Assembly: GCA_003135635.1 (NCBI GenBank)
Contig: PLCJ01000001.1
Location: 99,418 to 163,417 of the forward strand
Length of the DNA: 64,000 nucleotides
From: Candidatus Adlerbacteria bacterium
Lineage (GTDB): Bacteria; Patescibacteriota; Minisyncoccia; Phycocordibacterales; SBAW01
Direction of reading: 5' to 3'
The position numbers were made by a program, and so were the translations under genes. A model generated the notes under the pieces. That model worked only from the letters and a program-made list of their open reading frames with translations, was not told where the DNA came from and did no database searches. Positions 46,278 through 56,242 of this stretch are shown one piece after another (within the stretch, counting starts at the first letter, position 1; every line of letters starts with the position of its first letter).

Positions 46278-49200
46278 ATGGCGGATCAGGAAAAATCTCC
46301 GCTCGCTGAGCGGGAAGAGAAAATACTTAGATTTTGGAAAGAAAAAAAGATTTTTGAAAAAACACTCACTCAACCCGCTCCACGGGGTGAGTTTATTTTC
46401 TATGATGGGCCACCATTTGCCACAGGACTTCCCCATACCGGATCTCTTCTTTCTTCTATCATCAAAGACGTGATTCCTCGCTATAAGAGCATGCGGGGAT
46501 ACCGGGTACCCCGTCGCTGGGGCTGGGATTGCCACGGACTGCCGATTGAGGTGATGATCGAGAAAAAGCTTAATCTTAAAACAAAAAAAGATATCGAACG
46601 CATTGGCATTGATGTTTTCAATGAAGCGGCGCGTGCATCAGTTTTGGAATTTGCAGACGAATGGGAGCAGTATGTTGACCGCGTTGGCAGGTGGGTTGAT
46701 TTCAAAAACTCCTACAAAACGATGGACACTTCGTACATTGAAAGTGTGTGGTGGGCTCTCAAGCGGCTCAATGAAAAAGGATATCTATACGAAGGCAGGA
46801 AAGTATTGTTGTACTGTCCTCATTGCGAGACGCCACTTGCCAAGGCAGAGATCGCCATGGATAACACCTATAAAGATATTTCCGAGGAAGCGGTGACCGT
46901 GAAATTCAAAATAAAAAATCCTCGCGCTCATGATTTGCCGGAAAATACGTATCTTCTTGCATGGACCACTACTCCCTGGACGCTGGTCGGAAATGTCGCA
47001 CTTGCTGTCGGAAAAAATATCGCGTACGGACTCGTGGCAAAAGGTGATGAGCATTTCATACTTGCTCAAGATCGATTGCACACATACTTTAGCGATGCCA
47101 CTGCAACGATGCTCTCTGCAGAAAAACTCATCGGCATTTCATATGAACCACTCTACGTTCTTTCTGCGGTTGAAGCCCATGCCGGAAAGAAGCACGTGGT
47201 ACTGAGTGCAGACTTTGTGAATACTGAGGAAGGCACCGGCATCGTGCACACGGCAGTTATGTACGGTGAGGACGATTTTTTGCTTGGGCAGCAAGAAAAA
47301 TTACCCCTCGTACAACTCCTCAATTCAAACGGCTCTTATAACGAAAATGCACCCGTATTTTTGCAGGGACGCTATATAAAAGCAGCGGAAAAAGATATAA
47401 AGGATGATTTAGAAAAACGGGGACTTCTGTTTGAGCGCGCTCAACACACGCATTCATATCCTCATTGTTGGCGTTGTGACACCCCACTTATCTATAACGC
47501 CGTTGTGTCATGGTTTATTAATATACAAAAAGTGAAACAGCGAATGCTTTCCCAGAATGAGAAAATAACTTGGGTTCCCGGGCATCTCAAACACGGCCGA
47601 TTTAAAAAAATTGTTGAAAGTGCACCGGACTGGACCATTTCTCGCAACCGATTCTGGGCCTCGCCACTTCCTATCTGGAAGGAGAGAGGAGGCAGCAAGT
47701 TCATGGTCATAGGATCGCTTGAGGAACTACTAGCTAAAACAAAGAAATCAGGAAACCACTATTTTCTTATACGCCACGGTGAGGCTAAGAGTAATGTGGA
47801 AGATTTTTTAAACTCTGACAATAGTATTGAAAATCACCTTACACAAAAAGGGAGAGAAGCAGTGCACGAAAGCATAACTCGTTTGCAGCAGAAAGTCTCC
47901 ATTGATCTGGTCATCACTTCCCCGCTGACGCGTGCACAGGAAACTGCCGTAATTGCAAAAGAAATGTTTGGACTTGCGGACTCTGCGGTGATAACAGATG
48001 AGAGACTTCAAGAGCGCGTATTTTCTATTTATAATGGCAACCCACGAGCACAGTGGCAGGCGCGCGATCCGTATACTGAGGAAGGAGTGGAGGACCTCAT
48101 GCAGATGCGAAGAAGGATGGGCGGATTTCTTTTTGATATAGAAGACCAATATACCAATAGCAATATTCTTATCGTGACACACGGTGATCCTGCCTGGGTT
48201 ATGAACCAAGTGGCAGGGAGAACTCCGTATAGTAGAGATTCCACTTTCGAAAGAAAAGAAGGGTATTTAGATACTGCACAGTGGTGTGTACTTTATTTCA
48301 CTCCCTATCCGCATACGAAAGACTTTGTACTTGATCTTCATCGCCCTTATGTTGATAGAGTGACGCTTGTAGATAGTGCGGGAGGGGAATATATACGTAT
48401 TCCTGAAGTCGTTGACGTGTGGGTTGAGTCTGGGGCAATGCCGTTTGCCTCAGCGCAGTATCCACGCAACAAATCCGCGGTGAATCCCAGACGCTTTTTT
48501 GGACTTATGCCCAGGGGGTATCCGGCTGATTTCATTGCCGAATATATTGCGCAGACGCGCACATGGTTTTACTACATGCACGCAATGGGCATACTCCTTT
48601 TTAATCACCCGTCATTTCGCACCGTAGTTTCAACGGGTACGGTACTTGCCGCAGATGGGACAAAAATATCCAAATCCAAAGGCAACTATACTGATCCCTT
48701 GCGTCTTATGGAGCACTTTGGGGCGGATGCGCTACGTTTTCATCTCATGGGAAGTGTCGTGATGCAGGGAGAAGATCTCCAGTTTCGCGATGAAGATGTA
48801 CGTGAAGCGCATAACCGTGTGCTTGGGATACTCTGGAACAGCTACAATTTCTTTGAACTGTATAAAGATAAATACAAAGGAGAAGCACAGGCTAGACCCA
48901 GCACACATATTCTTGATCGGTGGATTGAGGCTCGTCTGCAACAACTTGTGGGGGAGATGACTGCAGCACTAGATTCCTATGATACGCCCCGTGCATGTCG
49001 TTTGCTGCGGGAATATATTGAGGATTATTCGACGTGGTATCTCAGGCGTTCTCGTGGCCGAGTGAAAAGTAGTGATGCTATAGATGTGCAATGTGCACTT
49101 CACACGCAGCGCAAGGTGCTGCTCATATTTTCAAAACTTATTGCACCACTAATGCCGTTTATGGCTGAAAGCATTTATCAAGAAATAGGAGGCCAGGAAG

Positions 49201-49730
49201 AAAGTGTACACCTTACCTCGTGGCCCTCAGTTGAGGGAGTCGTGTCTGATCTTCATTTGATACAAGAGATGAAAGAAGTACGCCGTGTTGTTTCTTTGGC
49301 ACTGCAAGCGCGTGAGCGGGCTGGCATTAAAATCCGTCAGCCGCTTGCAACGCTCAAAGTAAAACAACTTTCTGGCGATATAGGGCTCCGTGGTCTCATT
49401 GCCGATGAGCTCAATGTTAAGGAAGTTATTGAAGATCCATCACTCAAAGAGGAGCTTGCACTTGATGTGGTCCTCACCCCTGCACTTCGTGAAGAAGGAT
49501 TACTTCGCGATTGCGTGCGCCAGGTGCAAGATTTGCGTAAGAAAGAAGGATTCACTATATATGATCGACCCACCCTTTTGGTGACCACCAATGAAGAAGG
49601 TAAAGAATTTTTTAAGCGCATACGCTCCACACTTATCGCAGAGACGGGAGTAACAGACCTTGTTATTACTACCAGTGGTGAACTTGAGGAGAATCTACCA
49701 TTTCCCCACAGCTTCAGCCTTATGCATTAA
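46278..49730 (+). CDS. ileS: Isoleucyl-tRNA synthetase carrying an inserted histidine-phosphatase (PGAM-like) domain
   Basis: Class I motifs P..TG.PH.GS and KISKSKGN, WCISR-like (WTISRNRFWASP); residues ~490-680 contain RHGE (LIRHGEAKSN), SPLTRAQETA and IVTHGD motifs of the histidine phosphatase superfamily. Confidence 0.85.
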   Translation: MADQEKSPLAEREEKILRFWKEKKIFEKTLTQPAPRGEFIFYDGPPFATGLPHTGSLLSSIIKDVIPRYKSMRGYRVPRRWGWDCHGLPIEVMIEKKLNLKTKKDIERIGIDVFNEAARASVLEFADEWEQYVDRVGRWVDFKNSYKTMDTSYIESVWWALKRLNEKGYLYEGRKVLLYCPHCETPLAKAEIAMDNTYKDISEEAVTVKFKIKNPRAHDLPENTYLLAWTTTPWTLVGNVALAVGKNIAYGLVAKGDEHFILAQDRLHTYFSDATATMLSAEKLIGISYEPLYVLSAVEAHAGKKHVVLSADFVNTEEGTGIVHTAVMYGEDDFLLGQQEKLPLVQLLNSNGSYNENAPVFLQGRYIKAAEKDIKDDLEKRGLLFERAQHTHSYPHCWRCDTPLIYNAVVSWFINIQKVKQRMLSQNEKITWVPGHLKHGRFKKIVESAPDWTISRNRFWASPLPIWKERGGSKFMVIGSLEELLAKTKKSGNHYFLIRHGEAKSNVEDFLNSDNSIENHLTQKGREAVHESITRLQQKVSIDLVITSPLTRAQETAVIAKEMFGLADSAVITDERLQERVFSIYNGNPRAQWQARDPYTEEGVEDLMQMRRRMGGFLFDIEDQYTNSNILIVTHGDPAWVMNQVAGRTPYSRDSTFERKEGYLDTAQWCVLYFTPYPHTKDFVLDLHRPYVDRVTLVDSAGGEYIRIPEVVDVWVESGAMPFASAQYPRNKSAVNPRRFFGLMPRGYPADFIAEYIAQTRTWFYYMHAMGILLFNHPSFRTVVSTGTVLAADGTKISKSKGNYTDPLRLMEHFGADALRFHLMGSVVMQGEDLQFRDEDVREAHNRVLGILWNSYNFFELYKDKYKGEAQARPSTHILDRWIEARLQQLVGEMTAALDSYDTPRACRLLREYIEDYSTWYLRRSRGRVKSSDAIDVQCALHTQRKVLLIFSKLIAPLMPFMAESIYQEIGGQEESVHLTSWPSVEGVVSDLHLIQEMKEVRRVVSLALQARERAGIKIRQPLATLKVKQLSGDIGLRGLIADELNVKEVIEDPSLKEELALDVVLTPALREEGLLRDCVRQVQDLRKKEGFTIYDRPTLLVTTNEEGKEFFKRIRSTLIAETGVTDLVITTSGELEENLPFPHSFSLMH
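47750..48300 (+). other. Histidine phosphatase (phosphoglycerate-mutase-like) domain embedded in ileS reading frame
   Basis: RHG catalytic motif (47772-47780), SPLxRAxET, second His in VTHGD (~48183); in-frame with IleRS on both sides. Confidence 0.7.
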
Positions 49731-49732
49731 AT

Positions 49733-50311
49733 ATGTATAAGATTAGTGTTACCGACGGTATTGTGCTCAAAAAAAGCTTCCGGGGAGAAGCCAATGTGGC
49801 AGTAAGTATTCTCACCCGCGAACTGGGGCTCCTGAGGGCAGTGGTGCGAAGTGCGCGCAGGGAAAAATCAAAACTACGCTACGGAATCGAACCGCTAACC
49901 CAAGGACGCTTCTCCTTTGTGCGCGGGCAGCGGGAGTGGCGCCTGGTTGGAATGGAAGGGGTATCGCGACTCTTTCCCACGCTCTCTTTCCCACACACTA
50001 GTGCTGCTGGTCGGATAGTAAAATTGTTACTGCGGCTCATACAGGGGCAAGAACCCACCCCTCTCCTGTACAAGACGCTCCAGGAAGGCCTCATCTCGAT
50101 TTCCTGTGTACAGGAGAAGGATCTGCAAAATACAGAGTGTGTGCTTGTGCTGCGCATCCTCGCGCACCTGGGATACGTCGCGCACGTCCCAGAACTTGCC
50201 CCTTTTATGGAAAATGATTTCTTCTCCGAGGAGCTTGCCGCTGCGGCCGTTCATTCTCGTTCGCTCCTTATTCGTACTATTAATCAGTCGCTCAAAGCCA
50301 GTGAGCTCTAA
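49733..50311 (+). CDS. recO: DNA repair protein RecO (short form)
   Basis: N-terminal OB-fold pattern GIVLKKSFRGEANVAVSILTRELGLLRAVVRSARREKSKL...L.P typical of RecO. Confidence 0.65.
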   Translation: MYKISVTDGIVLKKSFRGEANVAVSILTRELGLLRAVVRSARREKSKLRYGIEPLTQGRFSFVRGQREWRLVGMEGVSRLFPTLSFPHTSAAGRIVKLLLRLIQGQEPTPLLYKTLQEGLISISCVQEKDLQNTECVLVLRILAHLGYVAHVPELAPFMENDFFSEELAAAAVHSRSLLIRTINQSLKASEL

Positions 50312-50329
50312 ATACGATATACTTTCTCA

Positions 50330-52282
50330 ATGGCCGTAGAAGAAAAAGATGCAGTTGAGAAACTTAAAAAAGAGCTTTACTCTCGCAAGGAGAGACCCAC
50401 GATTGGAAAAGACATACGCACTCCTCTTTCCTCCTCAAATGTAGATACGCCACGTGCCTGGGAACAAGAAGAGACCTCACCAGAGAAAATAAAGCCAGCA
50501 CGTCCTCCGCTGGCTGAGTTTATGAATACACCCAAGCGAGGTATGCCCTTTGCGGCAAAGTTCCTCCTTATTTCAACTCTTTTTTTTATTGCGGCTGCGG
50601 GAGTAGCGGCATACTTTTTTTTCGGTGGAGCGAATTTCATTTCACCACAAAATATTGATCTTCAAGTAATAGCGCCTTCTCTCATAGATGGCGGAAAAGA
50701 AGCAACGCTCCAAGTTATCATCGATAATCGAAATAAAGCTGCGCTCACGATGGTGAACATGCTCGTTAATTATCCTGATGGTACTCGGAGTGTCGCCACT
50801 TCTTCAGGACCGCTTCAGCATGATAGTCAAACCATCGGCACTATCGCCTCGGGAGGGCAGGTGAAGCGTACCATTAATGCGATTTTCTACGGACAGGAAG
50901 GTACTCAAGAGACCGTCAACGTTACCCTTCAATACAGTATCCCCGGGTCAAGTGCAATATTTACTAAAGAAGGGCAAGCAAATTTTCTTATCGGTTCATC
51001 ACCAGTTTCAGTCTCCGTGAACGCTCCAAACCAAACTATTTCCGGCCAACCATTTGCTATGGATGTAACCGTGCAAGCAAATGGAATAGTGCCAGTACAA
51101 GATGTACTCCTTCAGGCGCAGTACCCATTCGGGTTTTCTCTCTCCTCATCAACACCGGCCGCACAGGCAGGAGGTACCCTGTGGCGACTGGGAACATTGC
51201 AGCCGGGGAGTGCCCAGATCATTCATATTGAAGGATCTCTTCAGGGCCAAAATGGGGATGAAGGTGTATTTCACTTCTTATCTGGCTCTGACTCAAACCC
51301 TACTGATACACAAATTGCCGTACCGTTTTTATCCATTCCCACTACCATTACGATAACGCAGCCTTTTATCACTGCCTCTTTTGCGCTCAATGGACAATCG
51401 GGCCAGACCATTTCCATCGCCCCCGGGTCAGCAGTGCAAGGAGTTATAACATGGCAAAATAATCTCCCCACCGCGATATCAAATGCATCTTTTCAGCTAT
51501 CAATAAATGGCACGCCCCTTGATCCCACTTCGGTAGAAGCTCCCAACGGGTTTTATCAGTCCTCAGACTCAAGCATTATTTGGGACTCACAAAACGATCC
51601 CGCACTTGCATCTATTCCTGCGGGCGCCAGTGGCACACTCCAGTTTTCCTTCGCAACCATACGGCCCAGTGCTACTGCTCCCTATCTCAATCCAACGATG
51701 ATGCTTAGTTTGACGCTGAGCGGTTCACGCAATGATGAGGCCGGTGGTCCTCAAGTTGTCTCTTCCGTTGCGATGGCTCAAGTGAATATTGCTTCATTGG
51801 TAGCCCTCGGCGTACAAGCACTTCATTTTACCGGCCCATTTTCAGATGGGGGTCCTATGCCGCCAGTTCCTGGACAGAACACCACTTACACTATTGAATG
51901 GACCATAACAAATTCTTCTAATTCTCTCGCAAACACTCAAGTATCAACCACACTCCCGCCATATGTACAATTTGTTGCTGCGCAGCCAGGCAGCGGCATC
52001 ACGTATACTGCCCCTAGTCGAACAGTCACCTGGAATCTCGGCGATGTGGCGGCAGCGGCGGGGTATGGAAATACGCCACCACAGGCAGCTTTCCAAGTAG
52101 CACTGCTTCCCAGTGTTTCGCAAGTGGGCCAATCGCCGGCGCTCACTGGAGAGACGACTTTGTCAGGGAGTGATCGTTTTGCACAAGTGGGAGTGCAAGC
52201 CTCAGCCAATTCTCCCACGATCCAACTTACGGGCGACACCGGATATAGTGCTGCTATGGGTGCTGTTGCTGCGGGGCAGTGA
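50330..52282 (+). CDS. Large membrane-anchored surface protein with repeated beta-rich (Ig/CARDB-like) domains
   Basis: Cytoplasmic N-terminus, single TM (FLLISTLFFIAAAGVAAYFFF), ~550-aa ectodomain of low-complexity S/T/Q/G-rich repeats. Confidence 0.45.
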   Translation: MAVEEKDAVEKLKKELYSRKERPTIGKDIRTPLSSSNVDTPRAWEQEETSPEKIKPARPPLAEFMNTPKRGMPFAAKFLLISTLFFIAAAGVAAYFFFGGANFISPQNIDLQVIAPSLIDGGKEATLQVIIDNRNKAALTMVNMLVNYPDGTRSVATSSGPLQHDSQTIGTIASGGQVKRTINAIFYGQEGTQETVNVTLQYSIPGSSAIFTKEGQANFLIGSSPVSVSVNAPNQTISGQPFAMDVTVQANGIVPVQDVLLQAQYPFGFSLSSSTPAAQAGGTLWRLGTLQPGSAQIIHIEGSLQGQNGDEGVFHFLSGSDSNPTDTQIAVPFLSIPTTITITQPFITASFALNGQSGQTISIAPGSAVQGVITWQNNLPTAISNASFQLSINGTPLDPTSVEAPNGFYQSSDSSIIWDSQNDPALASIPAGASGTLQFSFATIRPSATAPYLNPTMMLSLTLSGSRNDEAGGPQVVSSVAMAQVNIASLVALGVQALHFTGPFSDGGPMPPVPGQNTTYTIEWTITNSSNSLANTQVSTTLPPYVQFVAAQPGSGITYTAPSRTVTWNLGDVAAAAGYGNTPPQAAFQVALLPSVSQVGQSPALTGETTLSGSDRFAQVGVQASANSPTIQLTGDTGYSAAMGAVAAGQ

Positions 52283-52298
52283 TTTTTCCAAAAGTAAA

Positions 52299-53690
52299 AT
52301 GCAGAGTATGATTGCCGCTATGGATAGTACGGTGATGGAGAAACTCGTGGCGCTGTGTAAACGGCGCGGATTTATCTACCAGGGATCAGAAATTTACGGT
52401 GGCCTCGCTGGCACATGGGATTACGGACCCTTGGGTCTTGCGCTCAAGAAAAATATTGAAAACTTGTGGTGGCGCCAATTCGTCGATTCGCGCGACGACA
52501 TGTATGGCATCGACTCGGCGATCTTGATGAACCCGCGCGTGTGGGAGGCGAGCGGTCACGTCGGCGGTTTTAATGACCCGCTTGTTGAGGATAAAAAAAC
52601 AAAAAAGCGCTATCGCGCGGACCACGTGCTTGAAGAGGCGGATATTGATTCTTCCGGTATGACACTTGCTCAAATGGGAGACATCATAGCGGAGAAAAAA
52701 ATAAAAAGTCCTGACGGCAACGAACTCTCCGCACCTCAACAATTTAATATGATGTTCAAGACATCGATTGGGTCAGCGGGCGGGAGTGATACGGTGGTGT
52801 ATTTAAGACCTGAAACGGCGCAAGGCATGTTTATCAATTTCAAAAATATCATTGACACCTATCATCCTAAACTTCCCTTCGGTATAGCGCAGATCGGTCG
52901 CTCCTTCCGCAACGAGATAGCGCCGCGCGATTTTATCTTCCGCGTGCGAGAACTTGAGATTATGGAATTTGAGTATTTCATTAAGGAAGAAACGTGGAAT
53001 GAGCAGTTTGAGTATTGGCGCACTCAGATGCAGGCATGGTTTCGCTTGATTGGATTTGCGCCGGAGGATATACGGGAGGTGGAGATTCCAGAGGGGCAAC
53101 GAGCACATTACTCGAAGCGGACGATGGATTTCCATTTTCGTTATCTGCACAAATTCGATGAAATAGGAGGTCTCGCATATCGCACCGACTTTGATCTCAA
53201 AAGTCATATGCAGCACACCGGGATTGATTTGCAATACCTCGACCCAAATACTAGCGAAAAATTTATACCCCATGTTCTTGAACCCACTTTCGGGTTAGGT
53301 CGGCATGTACTTGCTATACTCACTAAAGCATACAGCGAAGATGAACTTGGAGGAGAAAGCAGGGCGGTATTGAGGCTTCCACCAAATCTCGCACCCGTGA
53401 AGGCAGCTGTATTTCCTCTCCTTAAAAATAAACCTGAGTTGGTTGCGAAGGCACGAGAGATCTATGTGACGCTGAAAAAAGAAATCCCGCAAATCATGTG
53501 GGATGACAACGGTAATATCGGCAAGCGCTATCGTCGGCAAGACGAGATAGGCACTCCATGGTGCATTACTATCGACTTTGACACACTAAAAAACGCTACC
53601 GTGACACTACGAGAGCGTGATACCGGAGAGCAGAAGCGCATTTCTACTGCAGAGCTCTCAGCACTTCTAGCCGAGAGAATTCAGGTGTAA
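52299..53690 (+). CDS. glyQS: Glycyl-tRNA synthetase (alpha2 dimeric type)
   Basis: Class II motifs; GFIYQGSEIYGGLAGTWDYGPLG characteristic of glyS-type GlyRS; start set at first ATG after upstream stop (listed ORF overlaps upstream gene). Confidence 0.85.
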   Translation: MQSMIAAMDSTVMEKLVALCKRRGFIYQGSEIYGGLAGTWDYGPLGLALKKNIENLWWRQFVDSRDDMYGIDSAILMNPRVWEASGHVGGFNDPLVEDKKTKKRYRADHVLEEADIDSSGMTLAQMGDIIAEKKIKSPDGNELSAPQQFNMMFKTSIGSAGGSDTVVYLRPETAQGMFINFKNIIDTYHPKLPFGIAQIGRSFRNEIAPRDFIFRVRELEIMEFEYFIKEETWNEQFEYWRTQMQAWFRLIGFAPEDIREVEIPEGQRAHYSKRTMDFHFRYLHKFDEIGGLAYRTDFDLKSHMQHTGIDLQYLDPNTSEKFIPHVLEPTFGLGRHVLAILTKAYSEDELGGESRAVLRLPPNLAPVKAAVFPLLKNKPELVAKAREIYVTLKKEIPQIMWDDNGNIGKRYRRQDEIGTPWCITIDFDTLKNATVTLRERDTGEQKRISTAELSALLAERIQV

Positions 53691-53691
53691 C

Positions 53692-54777
53692 ATGCAAAAG
53701 ATGACTTCCCACGATATCCATGTACGTATTAGTTCTGGGAGTATTATTACTACCCTACTTTTTGTGCTGCTCGCTGCACTTTTATGGTTTTTACGTGACC
53801 TGGTCCTCACGCTGCTTTCTGCGGTAGTGATAGCCTCAGCAATGGAACCGGCGGTGCGGTATTTTTCCAAAAAGGGTATATCACGCATTATTAGCGTTAT
53901 ATTCATTTACCTTGTCTTAGCAGTGGCTCTTTTGAGCATTTTATTCTTTTTTGCCCCACCCCTTCTTAATGACACGGCAACCTTACTGCGTGAGCTGCCA
54001 CAGACATTTGGCTCCTTTAATGTAGCTGACATAACACATGGGTTGTTGCCACTGCAAAGTGCGAGTACCGCTCTTTCCTCAGCAGATTTTCTCAGTAGCA
54101 TCTCTCAGAGTATTGCTCAGTCAACGGGTGGAGCATTTACGACCCTCTCGGTATTTTTTGGTGGCCTCACATCCTTTGCACTTATCATTCTTTTCTCTTT
54201 CTATTTTTCTGTGCAAGAGACAGGTGTTGATGATTTCTTGCGCATCGTGACACCTATAAAAGAGCAAGCATACGTACTCCATTTGTGGAAACGCTCGCAA
54301 GACAAGATTGGCAGATGGATGCAAGGACAACTGGTGCTCGCTACTCTTGTAGGGGTTCTGTTGTATCTTGGACTCCTTATTTTGAATGTGAATTATGCGC
54401 TGCTTCTGGCAGTTGTTGCAGGCATATTTGAACTTCTTCCGATTTTTGGGCAGTTCCTTGCAGCTATTCCCGCAATTATTGTGGGGTTTGCTACTGGCGG
54501 TGTTACTACCGGTTTGTTAGTGACGGGGCTCTATCTTATTGTGCAGCAGTTTGAAGCGAATCTTATTTATCCCGTGGTAGTCAAGAAAGTTGTCGGAGTG
54601 CCGCCCCTGTTGGTTATTCTTGCCATGCTTGTTGGTTTTAAACTCTTCGGATTTTTGGGAGCCTTACTAGCTGTTCCCATCGCCGCCGCCATACAAGAAT
54701 TTGTGAGCGACATTGATCGGGAAAAAAAGCTTGCGCTTGCGCGTGCGGGTCTTGCGTCAGATGGTGAAGCGAAGTAG
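53692..54777 (+). CDS. AI-2E family transporter (UPF0118/PerM-like)
   Basis: 8-TM topology with AI-2E conserved segments (LLLAVVAGIFELLPIFGQFLAAIPAI). Confidence 0.7.
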   Translation: MQKMTSHDIHVRISSGSIITTLLFVLLAALLWFLRDLVLTLLSAVVIASAMEPAVRYFSKKGISRIISVIFIYLVLAVALLSILFFFAPPLLNDTATLLRELPQTFGSFNVADITHGLLPLQSASTALSSADFLSSISQSIAQSTGGAFTTLSVFFGGLTSFALIILFSFYFSVQETGVDDFLRIVTPIKEQAYVLHLWKRSQDKIGRWMQGQLVLATLVGVLLYLGLLILNVNYALLLAVVAGIFELLPIFGQFLAAIPAIIVGFATGGVTTGLLVTGLYLIVQQFEANLIYPVVVKKVVGVPPLLVILAMLVGFKLFGFLGALLAVPIAAAIQEFVSDIDREKKLALARAGLASDGEAK

Positions 54778-54787
54778 CCTCAAGGGA

Positions 54788-56236
54788 ATGTCCACTAAAA
54801 AAAGTTTCTACCTTACCACTACGCTGCCCTACGTCAACGACGATCCGCATATTGGATTTGTTCTTGAGATCATACAAGCTGATATTCAAGCTCGCTACCA
54901 TGCTCTTCAAGGAGAAGAAGTGTTTTTCAATACTGGTACAGATGAACATGGTCTAAAGATATATCGCAAAGCACTGGAGGCAAAAAAAGACCCGCAAACA
55001 TATGCCGATATATATGCTGAGAAATTCAAAGATCTGAAATCCATTCTCAATTTATATCCCGCATTGCATTTTATTCGCACAACCGATGCAAGACATATAG
55101 CCGCAGCACAAGAATTTTGGCGCCGATGTCTTGCCAGCGGCGATATTTATAAAAAGAACTACCGTATCAAATATTGTGTGAGCTGTGAGCTTGAAAAAAG
55201 TGAGTCCGAGCTCATCCATGGGCATTGTTCTATACATCCCAATATTGAACTTGAACTGATTGATGAAGAAAATTATTTTTTTCGCTTCTCACGCTACCAA
55301 TCTGCACTTACCCAGCTCTATACAGAACACGCAGATTTTGTTATACCCGCCTCTCGTTTTAATGAGATCAAAAAATTTGTTCAGCAAGGACTTGAGGATT
55401 TCAGTATTTCACGTGTAAAAGAAAAAATGCCCTGGGGTATAGCAATTCCTGATGATGATGAGCAGATTATGTATGTTTGGTTTGACGCTCTTATCAATTA
55501 TGTCTCTACGCTTGGGTGGCCCGTGGAGGAAAAAAAATTCCAGCAATTCTGGGGAAATAAGGAAGGACCACAGGGTATTCAGATGGCGGGTAAAGATCAA
55601 ATACGCCAACAAGCTGCAATCTGGCAGGCGATGCTTCTCTCCGCTGGATTGCCGACATCCAAACAAATAGTCATCCATGGATTCATTACTCTAGAAGGAC
55701 AGAAGATGAGCAAATCAGTCGGGAATGTGGTGAGTCCTTACCCACTAGTGAAAGAATATGGCACCGATGCTTTGCGCTATTATCTTTCGCGGCACGTCTC
55801 TCCATTTGAAGATAGCGATTTTGGGATGGAGAAATTTAAGGAGGCATATAATGCCAATCTTGCCAACGGGCTTGGTAATCTTGTCGCGCGCATCATGCAA
55901 CTCGCTCAGACACATTTACCAAAAGGGACACATCCAGAGGTGAGCGGATTTCCGCAGGAATATACTGAGGCACTTAAGAAGTTCGAGATCAACCGCGCTG
56001 CAGATTATATATGGTCGCGTATTCAATTGCTCGACCAAAAGATAACCGACACAAAGCCTTTTAAGGTCATAGAAGTAAATTCTGAGGCAGGAAAAAAAAT
56101 AATCTTTGATCTCACCCAAGAGCTCTATTTTATTGGCCGTATGCTCAACCCTTTTATGCCAGGTACGAGCGAGAAAATAAAAAAGGCAGTTATTGAAAAC
56201 AAAAAACCGGAGACTCTTTTTCCTCGTAAGATATAG
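54788..56236 (+). CDS. metG: Methionyl-tRNA synthetase, catalytic core only (no C-terminal tRNA-binding domain)
   Basis: PYVNDDPHIGF (HIGH-class), zinc knuckle CVSCE...HGHCSIHP, KMSKS; 482 aa. Confidence 0.8.
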   Translation: MSTKKSFYLTTTLPYVNDDPHIGFVLEIIQADIQARYHALQGEEVFFNTGTDEHGLKIYRKALEAKKDPQTYADIYAEKFKDLKSILNLYPALHFIRTTDARHIAAAQEFWRRCLASGDIYKKNYRIKYCVSCELEKSESELIHGHCSIHPNIELELIDEENYFFRFSRYQSALTQLYTEHADFVIPASRFNEIKKFVQQGLEDFSISRVKEKMPWGIAIPDDDEQIMYVWFDALINYVSTLGWPVEEKKFQQFWGNKEGPQGIQMAGKDQIRQQAAIWQAMLLSAGLPTSKQIVIHGFITLEGQKMSKSVGNVVSPYPLVKEYGTDALRYYLSRHVSPFEDSDFGMEKFKEAYNANLANGLGNLVARIMQLAQTHLPKGTHPEVSGFPQEYTEALKKFEINRAADYIWSRIQLLDQKITDTKPFKVIEVNSEAGKKIIFDLTQELYFIGRMLNPFMPGTSEKIKKAVIENKKPETLFPRKI

Positions 56237-56242
56237 CACACA

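Noticed and set aside
47750-48300. Intein within ileS
   Set aside because: Insert lacks intein splice-junction residues (N-terminal Cys/Ser, C-terminal His-Asn + Cys/Ser/Thr) and instead has RHGE/SPLTR/THGD histidine-phosphatase motifs.
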